NCBI GenBank assembly: GCA_963665705.1
Contig: OY762448.1
Location: 3,760,555 to 3,784,554, forward strand
DNA length: 24,000 bases
Direction of reading: 5' to 3'
Source: an uncultured Saccharicrinis sp.
Lineage (GTDB): Bacteria > Bacteroidota > Bacteroidia > Bacteroidales > Marinilabiliaceae
The position numbers and the translations under genes are program-made. This document shows positions 7,507 through 16,772 of the stretch, piece after piece (the first letter of the stretch is position 1; every line of letters starts with the position of its first letter). The notes beneath the pieces are model-generated. The model was not told the DNA's origin, did not search any database, and worked only from the letters and a program-made list of their open reading frames with translations.

Positions 7507-7896
7507 TTAATATTTTCGGGTACCTTCTACATCAAAAAATCTCATAAAACTACCTTTTAGCATATTTTTATTATTCTCTTGCAGTTCCACTTTAAATCCT
7601 ACGTCATGCCCTCCCCAATCGTATCTGGTATGTAAACAATCATCATCAAGTTCTACTTTTTTAAAGAGAACTGTATCTCCATTTAATTCAACAAAATATC
7701 CATAATACACAGAATCATATTGCATTATATTCATTTCAAAACTTACATCTCCGACTTTCGGCATATCTTTAATTTTCATTTCCCACTGACCAACATAGTC
7801 ATTATTAATTTTTCTATTAGTCTTATTTCCTGAACACCCCAATAAAATGCAGAAACAAAAAAGAAGTATTTTTCCACCAATAATTTTACTATTCAT
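7507..7896 (-). CDS. Small hypothetical lipoprotein
   Basis: ATG 7894-7896 gives MNSKIIGGKILLFCFCILLGCSGNK, a signal peptide plus lipobox Cys. I recognise no family. The track ORF start at 7938 is a TTG. Confidence 0.6.
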   Translation of the reverse strand: MNSKIIGGKILLFCFCILLGCSGNKTNRKINNDYVGQWEMKIKDMPKVGDVSFEMNIMQYDSVYYGYFVELNGDTVLFKKVELDDDCLHTRYDWGGHDVGFKVELQENNKNMLKGSFMRFFDVEGTRKY

Positions 7897-8191
7897 TATA
7901 ATGATATTTTTATTATTTGACATATCTATTTGAAACAATATTACATAATGAGTATTTCATAATCGTGTTTTTAATAAATATTAGCTAAAAGGACATCCAT
8001 AATTAATTATAAATACTTAATAAATCTGCTATCTAACTACAATTTGCTTTTTCAAATAGTTATACTACATAAGATTGTTCTTTGTCTTCTTCCAATTGAG
8101 CAATATTCTGATAATAAATTCTCATGAATTATTATCTAATAAAACTATCAACAATTTCGCATAACTATGAATCATAAATAGAAAAACAAAA

Positions 8192-9385
8192 TTAATAACG
8201 CAATCTATGCAAACTCCTTCTAATTCCCAGTTCCAAACCTCTAATTTCAGCTAATCCTTTCATTCTACCGTAAAGAGAATACCCAGGGTTATTATCCTGA
8301 CCGATGTCGCCTAACATTTGATTTCCATGATCAGGACGAACAGGAATAGAGAAATCACCTCTACCTTCAGTTTTACGTCTTTCTTCTTCTTCTACAATTA
8401 TTTTTAATACCTCATAGATATCAACGTCACCTTCAAACAGGTAATCTTCATTGAAGTTATAATCAGTATCTCTTTTTACATTTCGTAAGTGTGCAAAATT
8501 TATTCGAGGAGCTAATTCCTTGGCCATTTGAGATAAGTCGTTAAAATAACCAGCACCCCATGATCCAGTACAAAGTGTTACACCATTTGAAACAGAGTCA
8601 ATATGATTAACAATGGTTTTAGCATCTTCGATTGTACTCACTACACGAGGTAATCCTAATAAAGGCCATGGTGGATCATCCGGGTGAATAGCCATTCTTA
8701 CTCCAGCTTGCTCGGCTACAGGTATGATAGCACTTAAAAAGTCTAATAAATGCTTACGTAATTTAGCATCATCAATATCCTTATAGCCGTCCAATACACT
8801 CTGAAATTGTTCAAGAGTATAACTTTCTTCAGCACCCGGAAGTCCTTTAATCACATTGTTTATCAAGGATTCAATTTCTGCATCGGTCATACTTGCAAAA
8901 AATGCTTCAGCTTCTTTTACAATTTTTTCTGAGTAATCTTTTTTTGCATCAGGTCTTTTTAAGATATACATATCAAAAGCTGCAAATTCTTTCTGGTCGT
9001 ATCTTAAAGCTAATGAACCATCCTGAAATTCACTGTTTAAGTTTGTTCTTGACCAGTCTAACACAGGCATAAAATTGTAACAAATTGTTTCAATCCCACA
9101 CTGTCCTAAGTTTTTAATCGACTTCTGATAGTTTTTAACGTATAACTCCCAGTTGCCAGATTGTTTTTTAATGTCTTCGTGAACGGGAACACTTTCAACT
9201 ACCGACCAGGTCAATCCTGCAGCTTCTACCTCTTGTTTACGTTTTTCAATCTCTTCTACAGTCCACACTTCACCATTTGGAATATGGTGTAGAGCTGTTA
9301 CAATACCGGTAGCACCGGTTTGTCTGATATCTTTTAATGTGATACGGTCATTAGGACCATACCAACGCCATGTTTGTTCAATCAT
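8192..9385 (-). CDS. uxuA: Mannonate dehydratase
   Basis: [36 protein letters not shown]... is the canonical UxuA N-terminus. About 397 aa from ATG 9383-9385. The track ORF adds 10 upstream codons that are probably not translated. Confidence 0.92.
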   Translation of the reverse strand: MIEQTWRWYGPNDRITLKDIRQTGATGIVTALHHIPNGEVWTVEEIEKRKQEVEAAGLTWSVVESVPVHEDIKKQSGNWELYVKNYQKSIKNLGQCGIETICYNFMPVLDWSRTNLNSEFQDGSLALRYDQKEFAAFDMYILKRPDAKKDYSEKIVKEAEAFFASMTDAEIESLINNVIKGLPGAEESYTLEQFQSVLDGYKDIDDAKLRKHLLDFLSAIIPVAEQAGVRMAIHPDDPPWPLLGLPRVVSTIEDAKTIVNHIDSVSNGVTLCTGSWGAGYFNDLSQMAKELAPRINFAHLRNVKRDTDYNFNEDYLFEGDVDIYEVLKIIVEEEERRKTEGRGDFSIPVRPDHGNQMLGDIGQDNNPGYSLYGRMKGLAEIRGLELGIRRSLHRLRY

Positions 9386-9546
9386 AATTTTTATTTTATG
9401 GTAACAAGGTTTCATGCTTAAAGGATAGGAGGATAATTAACTACCATGTCACCTTACTTCCTTTAATCAATAAATTATCTAATATCATGCGCGGCAGCAT
9501 AGTGCTTTTCATTTTTTCTTGATAAAAAACGAAACAAAAAAATCAA

Positions 9547-9742
9547 GATCAATTGATCCCTTCAACCCGCGTCCTTGTTTCATTTTTGCTATCACACATG
9601 CCTTTATCACCCGCATTCAACTTCGTCCCTCCTGCACTGGCCCGGGCAATTGCTCAGGCCACCGCATATGTAACCTTCGTTTGTAACATTTATCTAAGCT
9701 GTAAATCAGCTTCTCCCCAATTGGGGAGACTGAGAGGGGCTC
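9547..9742. other. G+C-rich, palindrome-rich intergenic element between the SDR gene and uxuA (candidate structured RNA / regulatory or repeat element)
   Basis: The 60-nt core 9601-9660 is 36/60 G+C by my count, in an AT-rich background. Three palindromes are centred on AATT: gatcAATTgatc 9547-9558, gcAATTgc 9646-9653 and tctccccAATTggggaga 9712-9729. An adjacent hairpin agctgtaaatcagct lies at 9697-9711. On the minus strand there is an imperfect internal direct repeat, acgaaggttacatatgcggtg / acgaagttgaatgcgggtg. Confidence 0.4.
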
Positions 9743-9747
9743 TTGTT

Positions 9748-10590
9748 TTAAACTCCCGAATATGCGCTAAATCCTCCATCAACAGGAATAACAACACCTG
9801 TAATAAATTTAGCCCAGTCTGACATTAAGTAAAGAACCGTACCGGATAACTCTTCCGGCTCACCATAACGCTCCATTGGCGTATTTGTGATAATCTTGTT
9901 TCCTCTTGGAGTTGCTTCACCAGTTTTTTCGTCAATCAATAAAAAGCGGTTTTGATTAGTTAACAAAAATCCCGGAGCTATTGCATTTACTCTGATACCT
10001 GTTTTAGCAAAGTGAACAGCTAACCACTGAGTAAAATTGTTAATAGCTGCTTTTGCTGCTGAATATGCAGGAATTTTTGTTAGGGGCGTATAAGAGTTCA
10101 TAGACGACACATTTACAATTGCTCCATCATTTTTAGCTAACATATCTTTAGCAAAAACCATAGATGGCAATAAGGTTCCCTGAAAGTTCAATGCAAATAC
10201 CTTGTCAAAACCTTCCATCTGCAGTCCAAAGAAAGTTTCGTCCAGCTTATTCAAGTAATCCTCCGTTAAAAACTCGGCTTGCGTTGTAGCTGAAGCAGCA
10301 TTACCTCCTGCTCCATTCAACAGGTAATCAACTGACCCTAACTTTTCATTAATCACCTTTAATGCATCTTCTAATGATTCCTTACTTAATACATTGGCTG
10401 AAATTCCAATCGAATCAACATTGTAGGCTTCTTTTATTTCGTTAGCCACTTTTTCCGCTGCTTCCGGGTTTAAATCCAGTATAGCCGTTTTTACGCCCTG
10501 GGAAGCCATATCTTTTGCAATGGTAGAACATAATACTCCACCTCCACCGGTAATAACGGCAACCCTATCTTTTAAATTTAAATGATTCAT
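9748..10590 (-). CDS. SDR-family oxidoreductase, candidate SDR-type D-mannonate/fructuronate oxidoreductase (B. subtilis YjmF/UxuB-like)
   Basis: Rossmann motif VITGGGGVLCS, a catalytic YSAAK motif and the C-terminal PVDGGFSAYSGV. It sits directly upstream of uxuA. The ATG at 10588-10590 is preferred over the TTG at 10614. Substrate is inferred from context only. Confidence 0.6.
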   Translation of the reverse strand: MNHLNLKDRVAVITGGGGVLCSTIAKDMASQGVKTAILDLNPEAAEKVANEIKEAYNVDSIGISANVLSKESLEDALKVINEKLGSVDYLLNGAGGNAASATTQAEFLTEDYLNKLDETFFGLQMEGFDKVFALNFQGTLLPSMVFAKDMLAKNDGAIVNVSSMNSYTPLTKIPAYSAAKAAINNFTQWLAVHFAKTGIRVNAIAPGFLLTNQNRFLLIDEKTGEATPRGNKIITNTPMERYGEPEELSGTVLYLMSDWAKFITGVVIPVDGGFSAYSGV

Positions 10591-10648
10591 TTTATTAGTA
10601 TACTCCTTATTCAAATTTCTAACCTATCCCTAAAAGCTTATTTGTACA

Positions 10649-12352
10649 TTAATACGTATACATCTTAATCTTAAAAGCCTTTACTTCTCCCGGCTTAATT
10701 ATAGCACCGCCCAAAGCCGTTTCATCTCCGTTAAGACGATGCAATTTCATCTTTCCTTTATCATCAAAAGTAATCTCATCAACCGAGGCATATCCCGCAT
10801 TTAAAGCTTTATTTGATTTGGATAAATTTATCGAGACTTGAATACCTCCAACTCCTCCGGCTACAATAAACTCATCGTTACTAAGCTTAATAATAATTAA
10901 CCCGGCAGGACTGCGGTCTTCTTCTCCTTCAATTCCAAAACGCCCTCCGGTCTGCTTAAACAGGCCTGCCGATGAAAACCTTGACATGTAAACAATATAG
11001 TCTCCCATATCCACATCAGTAGCCTTTTCTCCTTCGCCAATATAAAGGGCAGTCATATTATCAGTATTCCTGTTTTCGTTAATGTATTTTTTAATATCAT
11101 TCAAACAGCCATATACCTTTTTCAATGATTCATCATTTACATCAGCAGTATTAAATAACCCATATCCATCAATCCCAAAAGGAGCATAACAAAGTGCATC
11201 ATATTTTCCAAAAGCATACAATGCCCGGGCAGCACCTCCTACAGTAGGGGTTGTTTCCGGGATAAAAACAGGGTTTTCAGATCTTGAGAATTCCTCACAT
11301 ACCCAGTCAAACTCTTCAACAGCATATATATCACATGCTATAAAATCAATGGCAGGAGCAGCTGCCCTCCATATATCAATTACATGGGGCAATGGACCTC
11401 CAGATGGGTATTTTCCAGGATTGACAGCCCTTGGTTGCTTAATCCATGCGTTGGCAAACATAGGCAATGCATATTCATCCTTTCCTTTTTGGGTTACCTC
11501 TCCAATATATTTTGCCAGGTTCAAGGCCATAAACAACTCTTCAGTGTAATAGCCAAAATTTGTTTTCCATTCTTCACCCCTGTACTTTTCTCCTTTACCA
11601 AAAACTTCTTCCCATGTACCGGTAGTTTTAAAACCATTGGTTTTCCAAGCCGTTAGCAAAGCCGGATACAAGCTTTCTTTGTTATTTTGCAAATATGTCA
11701 TTAATTCGGCAGGAACCGGACCATTAAAGGCTTCTGTTGCCTGCTCACTATAATCTCTTGGTGATCCCAGGATGCCAACTTCGTTTTGAACCTGAACCAT
11801 AACCACAGTCTGCTCTTTGCTGTCTATTTTTTTGATATGGCTCATCAGTTTAGCAAAAGCTTTTTTATCTGCTTCCAGTGAATTGTTGCCAAAGGTGTTT
11901 AAGGTATTAAGCGTCCTTCGGCTTTTAGAAACCATCAAAGGATATTTGTCGGTATTCGTTTTCACCCATTCTGGCACGTAGGTAGATTTACCATTTTTCC
12001 AGCTGCCAAACCACAATATTACCAGTTTCAAATCCTGCTCACGGGCACCAATAACCATGCTATCAACCAGTGAAAAATCAAATTTACCCTCTACAGGTTC
12101 TATTAACTCCCAGCAAACTGGTGCAATAACCGTATTAAGATTATTTTCCTTCATCCGCTTCCATATCGGCCTCATATAATGCGCACTTCCGGCACTTGAG
12201 TTATGAAGTTCTCCGGAAAACATCAGGAAAGGCTCTTTATCGATTATTAATTCTGTTTTACCATTTACATTTTCAAGATATGGTAATACTTGTTTTTGCC
12301 CAGCAACATTAAGGGCAACAATACAACACAATATAACTAGTAAACTCTTCAT
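10649..12352 (-). CDS. Secreted clan GH-A glycoside hydrolase, GH35-like beta-galactosidase-like with an extra C-terminal beta-domain
   Basis: Signal peptide MKSLLVILCCIVALNVAGQ. TIM-barrel-type motifs are present (NTVIAPVCWELIEPVEGKFDF, LVILWFGSWKNG, VVMVQVQNEVG with the NE acid/base). Family is assigned from memory of GH35/DUF5597-type proteins and was not searched. Confidence 0.65.
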   Translation of the reverse strand: MKSLLVILCCIVALNVAGQKQVLPYLENVNGKTELIIDKEPFLMFSGELHNSSAGSAHYMRPIWKRMKENNLNTVIAPVCWELIEPVEGKFDFSLVDSMVIGAREQDLKLVILWFGSWKNGKSTYVPEWVKTNTDKYPLMVSKSRRTLNTLNTFGNNSLEADKKAFAKLMSHIKKIDSKEQTVVMVQVQNEVGILGSPRDYSEQATEAFNGPVPAELMTYLQNNKESLYPALLTAWKTNGFKTTGTWEEVFGKGEKYRGEEWKTNFGYYTEELFMALNLAKYIGEVTQKGKDEYALPMFANAWIKQPRAVNPGKYPSGGPLPHVIDIWRAAAPAIDFIACDIYAVEEFDWVCEEFSRSENPVFIPETTPTVGGAARALYAFGKYDALCYAPFGIDGYGLFNTADVNDESLKKVYGCLNDIKKYINENRNTDNMTALYIGEGEKATDVDMGDYIVYMSRFSSAGLFKQTGGRFGIEGEEDRSPAGLIIIKLSNDEFIVAGGVGGIQVSINLSKSNKALNAGYASVDEITFDDKGKMKLHRLNGDETALGGAIIKPGEVKAFKIKMYTY

Positions 12353-12373
12353 TTAAATATGATTTAATTTTTA

Positions 12374-12937
12374 TTAAAATTGATTTAATTCCTTGATTAC
12401 CCTGCAAGGATTTCCCCCTGCAAAAACATCAGAAGGTATATCCTTTGTGACTACACTTCCCGCTCCTATTACGGTTCTATCTCCAATAGAAACACCAGGG
12501 CATATTACTACACTTCCTCCTATCCAAACATCTTCACCAATTGTAATAGGTTTTGCCGATTCCAGACCGGATGATCTTTCTTTATAATGTAAAGGATGGG
12601 TTGCCGTATAAATCTGAACATTAGGCCCGAATAAAGTCCTGTCGCCAATTTCAACAGGCATGACATCCAACACTACACAATTGAAATTAAAAAACACATT
12701 TTCACCTGTTTTTATATTTGACCCGTAATCGCAATAAAATGGGGGTTGAACAGATAAATTATCACCTGCATTGGGGATTAATTTCTTTAATATGCTTTGT
12801 CTGTTTTCTGGTTCATCCTCTCTGGAATCATTTAACTCCTTCAGAAGTAACCTGGCATTTGTTCTTTCTTTTGTTAGTTCATAATCTGAAGCATTATATA
12901 ATTCGCCCGACAGCATTTTTTGTTTTTCAGTTTTCAT
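12374..12937 (-). CDS. maa: Maltose/galactoside O-acetyltransferase (hexapeptide-repeat, Maa/LacA family)
   Basis: 187 aa, collinear with E. coli Maa as I recall it: MKTEKQKMLSGELYNASD..., FYCDYGSNI, FNFNCVVLDV, IYTATHP, ITIGEDVWIGGSVVICPGVSIGDRTVIGAGSVVTKDIP, GGNPCRVIK. Confidence 0.85.
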   Translation of the reverse strand: MKTEKQKMLSGELYNASDYELTKERTNARLLLKELNDSREDEPENRQSILKKLIPNAGDNLSVQPPFYCDYGSNIKTGENVFFNFNCVVLDVMPVEIGDRTLFGPNVQIYTATHPLHYKERSSGLESAKPITIGEDVWIGGSVVICPGVSIGDRTVIGAGSVVTKDIPSDVFAGGNPCRVIKELNQF

Positions 12938-13078
12938 ATGCCTATTATTTATCTCAATACCAATTTATCATCCTACAAATATCCTTTAAACAAATAACTG
13001 ACTAAAATTTCAAATGATCAATTTCGAAGAACTTGACAAGTTGTGTTCTCGCTTACTAGTCAATCAGCAATTTATTTC

Positions 13079-14791
13079 TTATTCTACCTTAATAATATTC
13101 GAACCCTTGGTTATGCCTGTCTCACTAAATGCATCAATGCTGAAATAATAGGTAATCCCTTTATTTAATCCTGTAAGTTCTACAGAATCCTGACCATAAA
13201 GCATTACTGACGTATATAATTTATTGCTCTCTGTTCCATAATTAATAACAAAGCCAGTTGCAGAACCATCATTAGTCCATGTTACCGACGCTTTCCTGGA
13301 GTCCGTTGCATCCCGCATCACTTTGAATTCATTAACTCTATTGGGCTTTTTACCTTTTTGAGTTCCAAAAATCCTTAAATCGAAAATTGAGAATTTGCCA
13401 CCTCCTGGCACTTCGTTCATATTTTCTATTTTGATGTATTTTGCTTTTACGGGTTTTTCAAGTTCAATATAATCATGACAAGCATCCTTAGTGTTGTTAC
13501 TTCTGTCAGCCACTATATTCCATGTCTCCCCATCAAGCGATCCCCAAACCCGATAATCGTATATATTGGCAGTATCTGCGTTTAACAATGCATCCTGATC
13601 GGCAAAATTGAATTGTATGGCATGGATCGCTTTTACATTGTCATCCAATTCTACACTAAGCCATTCCCCTTTATTTCCGGTTTGGGCCGACCACCAAGTC
13701 TTTACATTCTCATCGAAAGCATTTTGTACAGGATATTGATCCAACACCGAAGATGCAGTTGCCTTTTTATTATAGGATAACAGCATCCATCCTGCAAAAA
13801 GGCTTTCCTGTTTGGCTTTCATCTTAGAAAGCGGCATCCTCATCGGATAATCTCCAAAACCAGTGTACGTTCGCAAAACACCATCTTTGTCGAAACTGGC
13901 TGGAAATAAACCTAAACGCCGCTCAAAATTACCGCGTTCACCAATATGTAAACTGGTCACATGCCAATAATTTCCATACTCATCCTCAAATGTGGAGCTA
14001 TGTCCCGCTCCTCCAATAAAACCTCCCGGTTTATACGAGAATGGACTGTAATTTTCATATACAAAGGGACCCGTGGGTGAGGATGAAGTATAGACTCCAT
14101 CTGCATAGGTCTTAAACTCTGTTCCATTAGATGCATATTGGAGATAATATTTTCCCTTGTATTTTGTCATCCAGGCCCCTTCATTAAAACCATTTTCGCC
14201 TGTCTCATTATGTGCACCTAGCACTTCCCAACCATGTTCATCGGGTTTGTGCGTAATACATACGATTGGCTCAGTTTTAGGCTGCATATTTTCGTCTAAT
14301 TCCACCACCCGTATTGGCTCTGTCTCCAGATTGGAACAACCCCAATACAAATAAACCTTACCATCATCGTCTTGAAAAAATTGAGGATCCCATACAGCCA
14401 TAGGGAGTTTTTTATCCATCCGCTTCCAATCATCTTTAAATGGATTAGTTGAATAATAGATGTAATCTTTCATACGAGACGATGCCATATAATATACTGT
14501 ATCGCCGATAGCAATAACTCCCGGAGCAAATTTTCGAATCGCCGGAAAACTTTTGACCGGCAAAAAAGTCCAGTCCATCAAATCATCAGAATACCAATAT
14601 CCTCCACTATGAGAAGCAAATAACAGGTATTTATCATGATAACGGATTATAGCCGGGTCGGCGGCCTCCCGGTAACTTGACTGAAACCGGTAGTTCAGAT
14701 TCATCGGGTTACTGAATGTTCTGCCCTTTTGCGCAGTACATGATAAGCAGAATAAAACAATCAAGCCTGTTATCATTAATATTTTATTCAT
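13079..14791 (-). CDS. Secreted GH43-family glycoside hydrolase with C-terminal F5/8-type-C (CBM32-like) and Ig/Fn3-like domains
   Basis: The GH43 catalytic triad contexts are visible: AADPAII (base), WDPQFFQDDDGKVYLYWG (modulator Asp) and NEGAWMTKYKGKYYLQYA (acid). A discoidin-like segment (FDENVKTWWSAQTGNKGEWLSVELD...FSIFDLRIFG) is present, and there is an N-terminal signal peptide. Confidence 0.75.
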   Translation of the reverse strand: MNKILMITGLIVLFCLSCTAQKGRTFSNPMNLNYRFQSSYREAADPAIIRYHDKYLLFASHSGGYWYSDDLMDWTFLPVKSFPAIRKFAPGVIAIGDTVYYMASSRMKDYIYYSTNPFKDDWKRMDKKLPMAVWDPQFFQDDDGKVYLYWGCSNLETEPIRVVELDENMQPKTEPIVCITHKPDEHGWEVLGAHNETGENGFNEGAWMTKYKGKYYLQYASNGTEFKTYADGVYTSSSPTGPFVYENYSPFSYKPGGFIGGAGHSSTFEDEYGNYWHVTSLHIGERGNFERRLGLFPASFDKDGVLRTYTGFGDYPMRMPLSKMKAKQESLFAGWMLLSYNKKATASSVLDQYPVQNAFDENVKTWWSAQTGNKGEWLSVELDDNVKAIHAIQFNFADQDALLNADTANIYDYRVWGSLDGETWNIVADRSNNTKDACHDYIELEKPVKAKYIKIENMNEVPGGGKFSIFDLRIFGTQKGKKPNRVNEFKVMRDATDSRKASVTWTNDGSATGFVINYGTESNKLYTSVMLYGQDSVELTGLNKGITYYFSIDAFSETGITKGSNIIKVE

Positions 14792-14898
14792 ATCTCTATT
14801 TTTTTTAGTTAATGAAACAATACGATTAGAGTTATTACTAAACTCTTCATCTTTATCACATTATATAGTATACCTATCCTTTATTATGAAGAATACCC

Positions 14899-14914
14899 AT
14901 TGCCTATTGGCAAT
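14899..14914. terminator. Short hairpin ATTGCC-TATT-GGCAAT just downstream of the binding-protein gene
   Basis: Perfect 6-bp stem read directly, 10 nt after the stop at 14924. It is weak and has no U-tract, so it may be only an RNA-processing or pause element. Confidence 0.25.
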
Positions 14915-14923
14915 AACAACATT

Positions 14924-15910
14924 CTACTCTTTTAAACTTTTCTCAGAATAAATACCCTTTGACACAAGTACTTCTACCAGATTTTCCTTTGTAATCAACT
15001 CTGGTTCCTCAAAAATTGCCGGCACTTGCATAAACTGTGTATTGGCTTCCTCGTTAAATTCTAAAATGTTTCCTTTTAACATATTTAAAATAGCATCTAC
15101 CGAAGCATATGCTAATTTTTTATTAGACTTATACACTGTCATTAAAACATCATCTTTTAAAATGCTCTTACAAACTTCAATTGTAGCATCCTGACCCGTA
15201 AGTAATACTTTACCTAAGTATCCTTTTTCTTCTACTGCCAGTAAAGCTCCCTTTGTCAGATCATCTGATGCGCATATTATAGCATCCGGGAAACTGCCCT
15301 TTTCATCAAAATAGTTTTGCACTTCAATAAATGCACTTATTTCACTCCAATCTGTAGCATGTTTTATACTTAACTTATAGTTATTTCTTTTGTCTTTCAG
15401 CGAAGAAACCACCCCTTTTCTGACCAAAGTACTGTTAAAATCACTCTTAGGGCCACCTAAGAAGAATATCTCTCCAGATTCTAATTTTGACATAACTTGC
15501 TCAGCCATCATCTCCCCTACCTTTACACTATTAAATGAAATACATAGCTTTACATCAGAATCAAACAGAAACCTATCGTAAGTCACCACCGGAATATTGG
15601 CATTTTTTGCTATTGATACAACTTGCTTATCGTGAGAATCAATAGGTACTAGAACAATGCAATCAACACCTATATTCGCAAGTTTAATTGCTGCTTCCTT
15701 CTGCTTTTCTATTTGATCGTAACAATCAATAAAAGTTACTTTTACGCCCTTTTCTAATGCCCGTTCTTTAAAAAATCTCATATCATTATACCAGCGTGCG
15801 CTATACAAATCCGAAAGGATAAATCCTATATGAATAGAATCTTGCTGACTAAACACTAAATTGTTTCCTACAACCAAACCTATTAACAATGCAATAATTC
15901 TCTTTTTCAT
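14924..15910 (-). CDS. Exported periplasmic sugar-binding protein, XylF/RbsB (type I PBP, LacI-like fold) family
   Basis: Signal peptide MKKRIIALLIGLVVGNNLVFSQQ. Collinear with D-xylose-binding protein features as I recall them: IGFILSDLYSARW, GVDCIVLVP, IPVVTYDR, ISFNSVKVGE, FFLGGP, ASDDLTKGAL, LTGQDA, MTVYK. Confidence 0.75.
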   Translation of the reverse strand: MKKRIIALLIGLVVGNNLVFSQQDSIHIGFILSDLYSARWYNDMRFFKERALEKGVKVTFIDCYDQIEKQKEAAIKLANIGVDCIVLVPIDSHDKQVVSIAKNANIPVVTYDRFLFDSDVKLCISFNSVKVGEMMAEQVMSKLESGEIFFLGGPKSDFNSTLVRKGVVSSLKDKRNNYKLSIKHATDWSEISAFIEVQNYFDEKGSFPDAIICASDDLTKGALLAVEEKGYLGKVLLTGQDATIEVCKSILKDDVLMTVYKSNKKLAYASVDAILNMLKGNILEFNEEANTQFMQVPAIFEEPELITKENLVEVLVSKGIYSEKSLKE

Positions 15911-15940
15911 AAGCTTATATCTCTAATTTTAACCCAACTT

Positions 15941-16744
15941 TTACTCAAGTAACTTTTTCATTTGTTTGCCAACTAAATTGGATGCAAAGCCGGAACTAAT
16001 CCGGTATAGACAATCCATAATTTTCGAGTCCTTCCCTACAAAATTCCGGGCCTTGTTCTTTTCTATTCCTTTGATTATTTGTGCTGCTGCTCTGTGAGGG
16101 GACAAAACCATTGAAGCTTTTCCTGAATTTTCCATTTTTGGGGCATTTTCAATGCCTGAGTTTTCCATAATATTGGTGCCCACAGCACCAGGAAAAACCA
16201 CACTCACCTTTACGTTTGTATCTTTAAGCTCCTGAGCCAAGCCTTCGGTCATTAATTTAACTGAGGCTTTAGCTGCTCCATAAATAGTTTGACCCGGAAC
16301 GGGTAAAAATCCGCCCATACTCGAAACGTTAACCAAATGAGCTTCTTCTTGCTTTACCAGATCAGGAAGGAATGCCTTTGTGATATTGAGGCAACCCCAG
16401 AAGTTAACATTCATAACCTTTTCAATCACCTCGTAACTAAGTTCATTTAACTTGACAAAAGGTTGAATGATTCCGGCATTATTTATCACTCCATCAACAG
16501 ACTGGAACTTTTGTATTATTTTATTGCGGGTTTGCCCGATAGCTTCCCTGTCTGTAATATCAACCACATAGGTGGTTAAATTACTTCCTTTCTCTGCTGC
16601 GACATCAACCAGTTCATCAAGAGCTTTCATGCTTATATCTAATGCTATTACATGTGCACCCTTATTTAGTAATTGCAAGGTTATTTCACGACCAATTCCG
16701 TTTGCTGCTCCTGTTACTATTATTTTCTTATCATATACTTTCAT
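15941..16744 (-). CDS. SDR-family oxidoreductase, cytoplasmic, substrate unknown
   Basis: IIVTGAANGIGREI (TGxxxGIG), NNAGI and a catalytic YGAAK motif. No signal peptide. Confidence 0.8.
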   Translation of the reverse strand: MKVYDKKIIVTGAANGIGREITLQLLNKGAHVIALDISMKALDELVDVAAEKGSNLTTYVVDITDREAIGQTRNKIIQKFQSVDGVINNAGIIQPFVKLNELSYEVIEKVMNVNFWGCLNITKAFLPDLVKQEEAHLVNVSSMGGFLPVPGQTIYGAAKASVKLMTEGLAQELKDTNVKVSVVFPGAVGTNIMENSGIENAPKMENSGKASMVLSPHRAAAQIIKGIEKNKARNFVGKDSKIMDCLYRISSGFASNLVGKQMKKLLE

Positions 16745-16772
16745 GTGTCTGATTTTTTCTATTAGCTAAGTT

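Noticed and set aside
9553-9822. 89-aa plus-strand ORF spanning the G+C-rich spacer
   Set aside because: It overlaps the 3' end of the SDR gene antisense and has a low-complexity, Pro/Ala/Leu-rich translation with no recognisable motif. Its length is a by-product of the locally high G+C. I treated it as non-coding.
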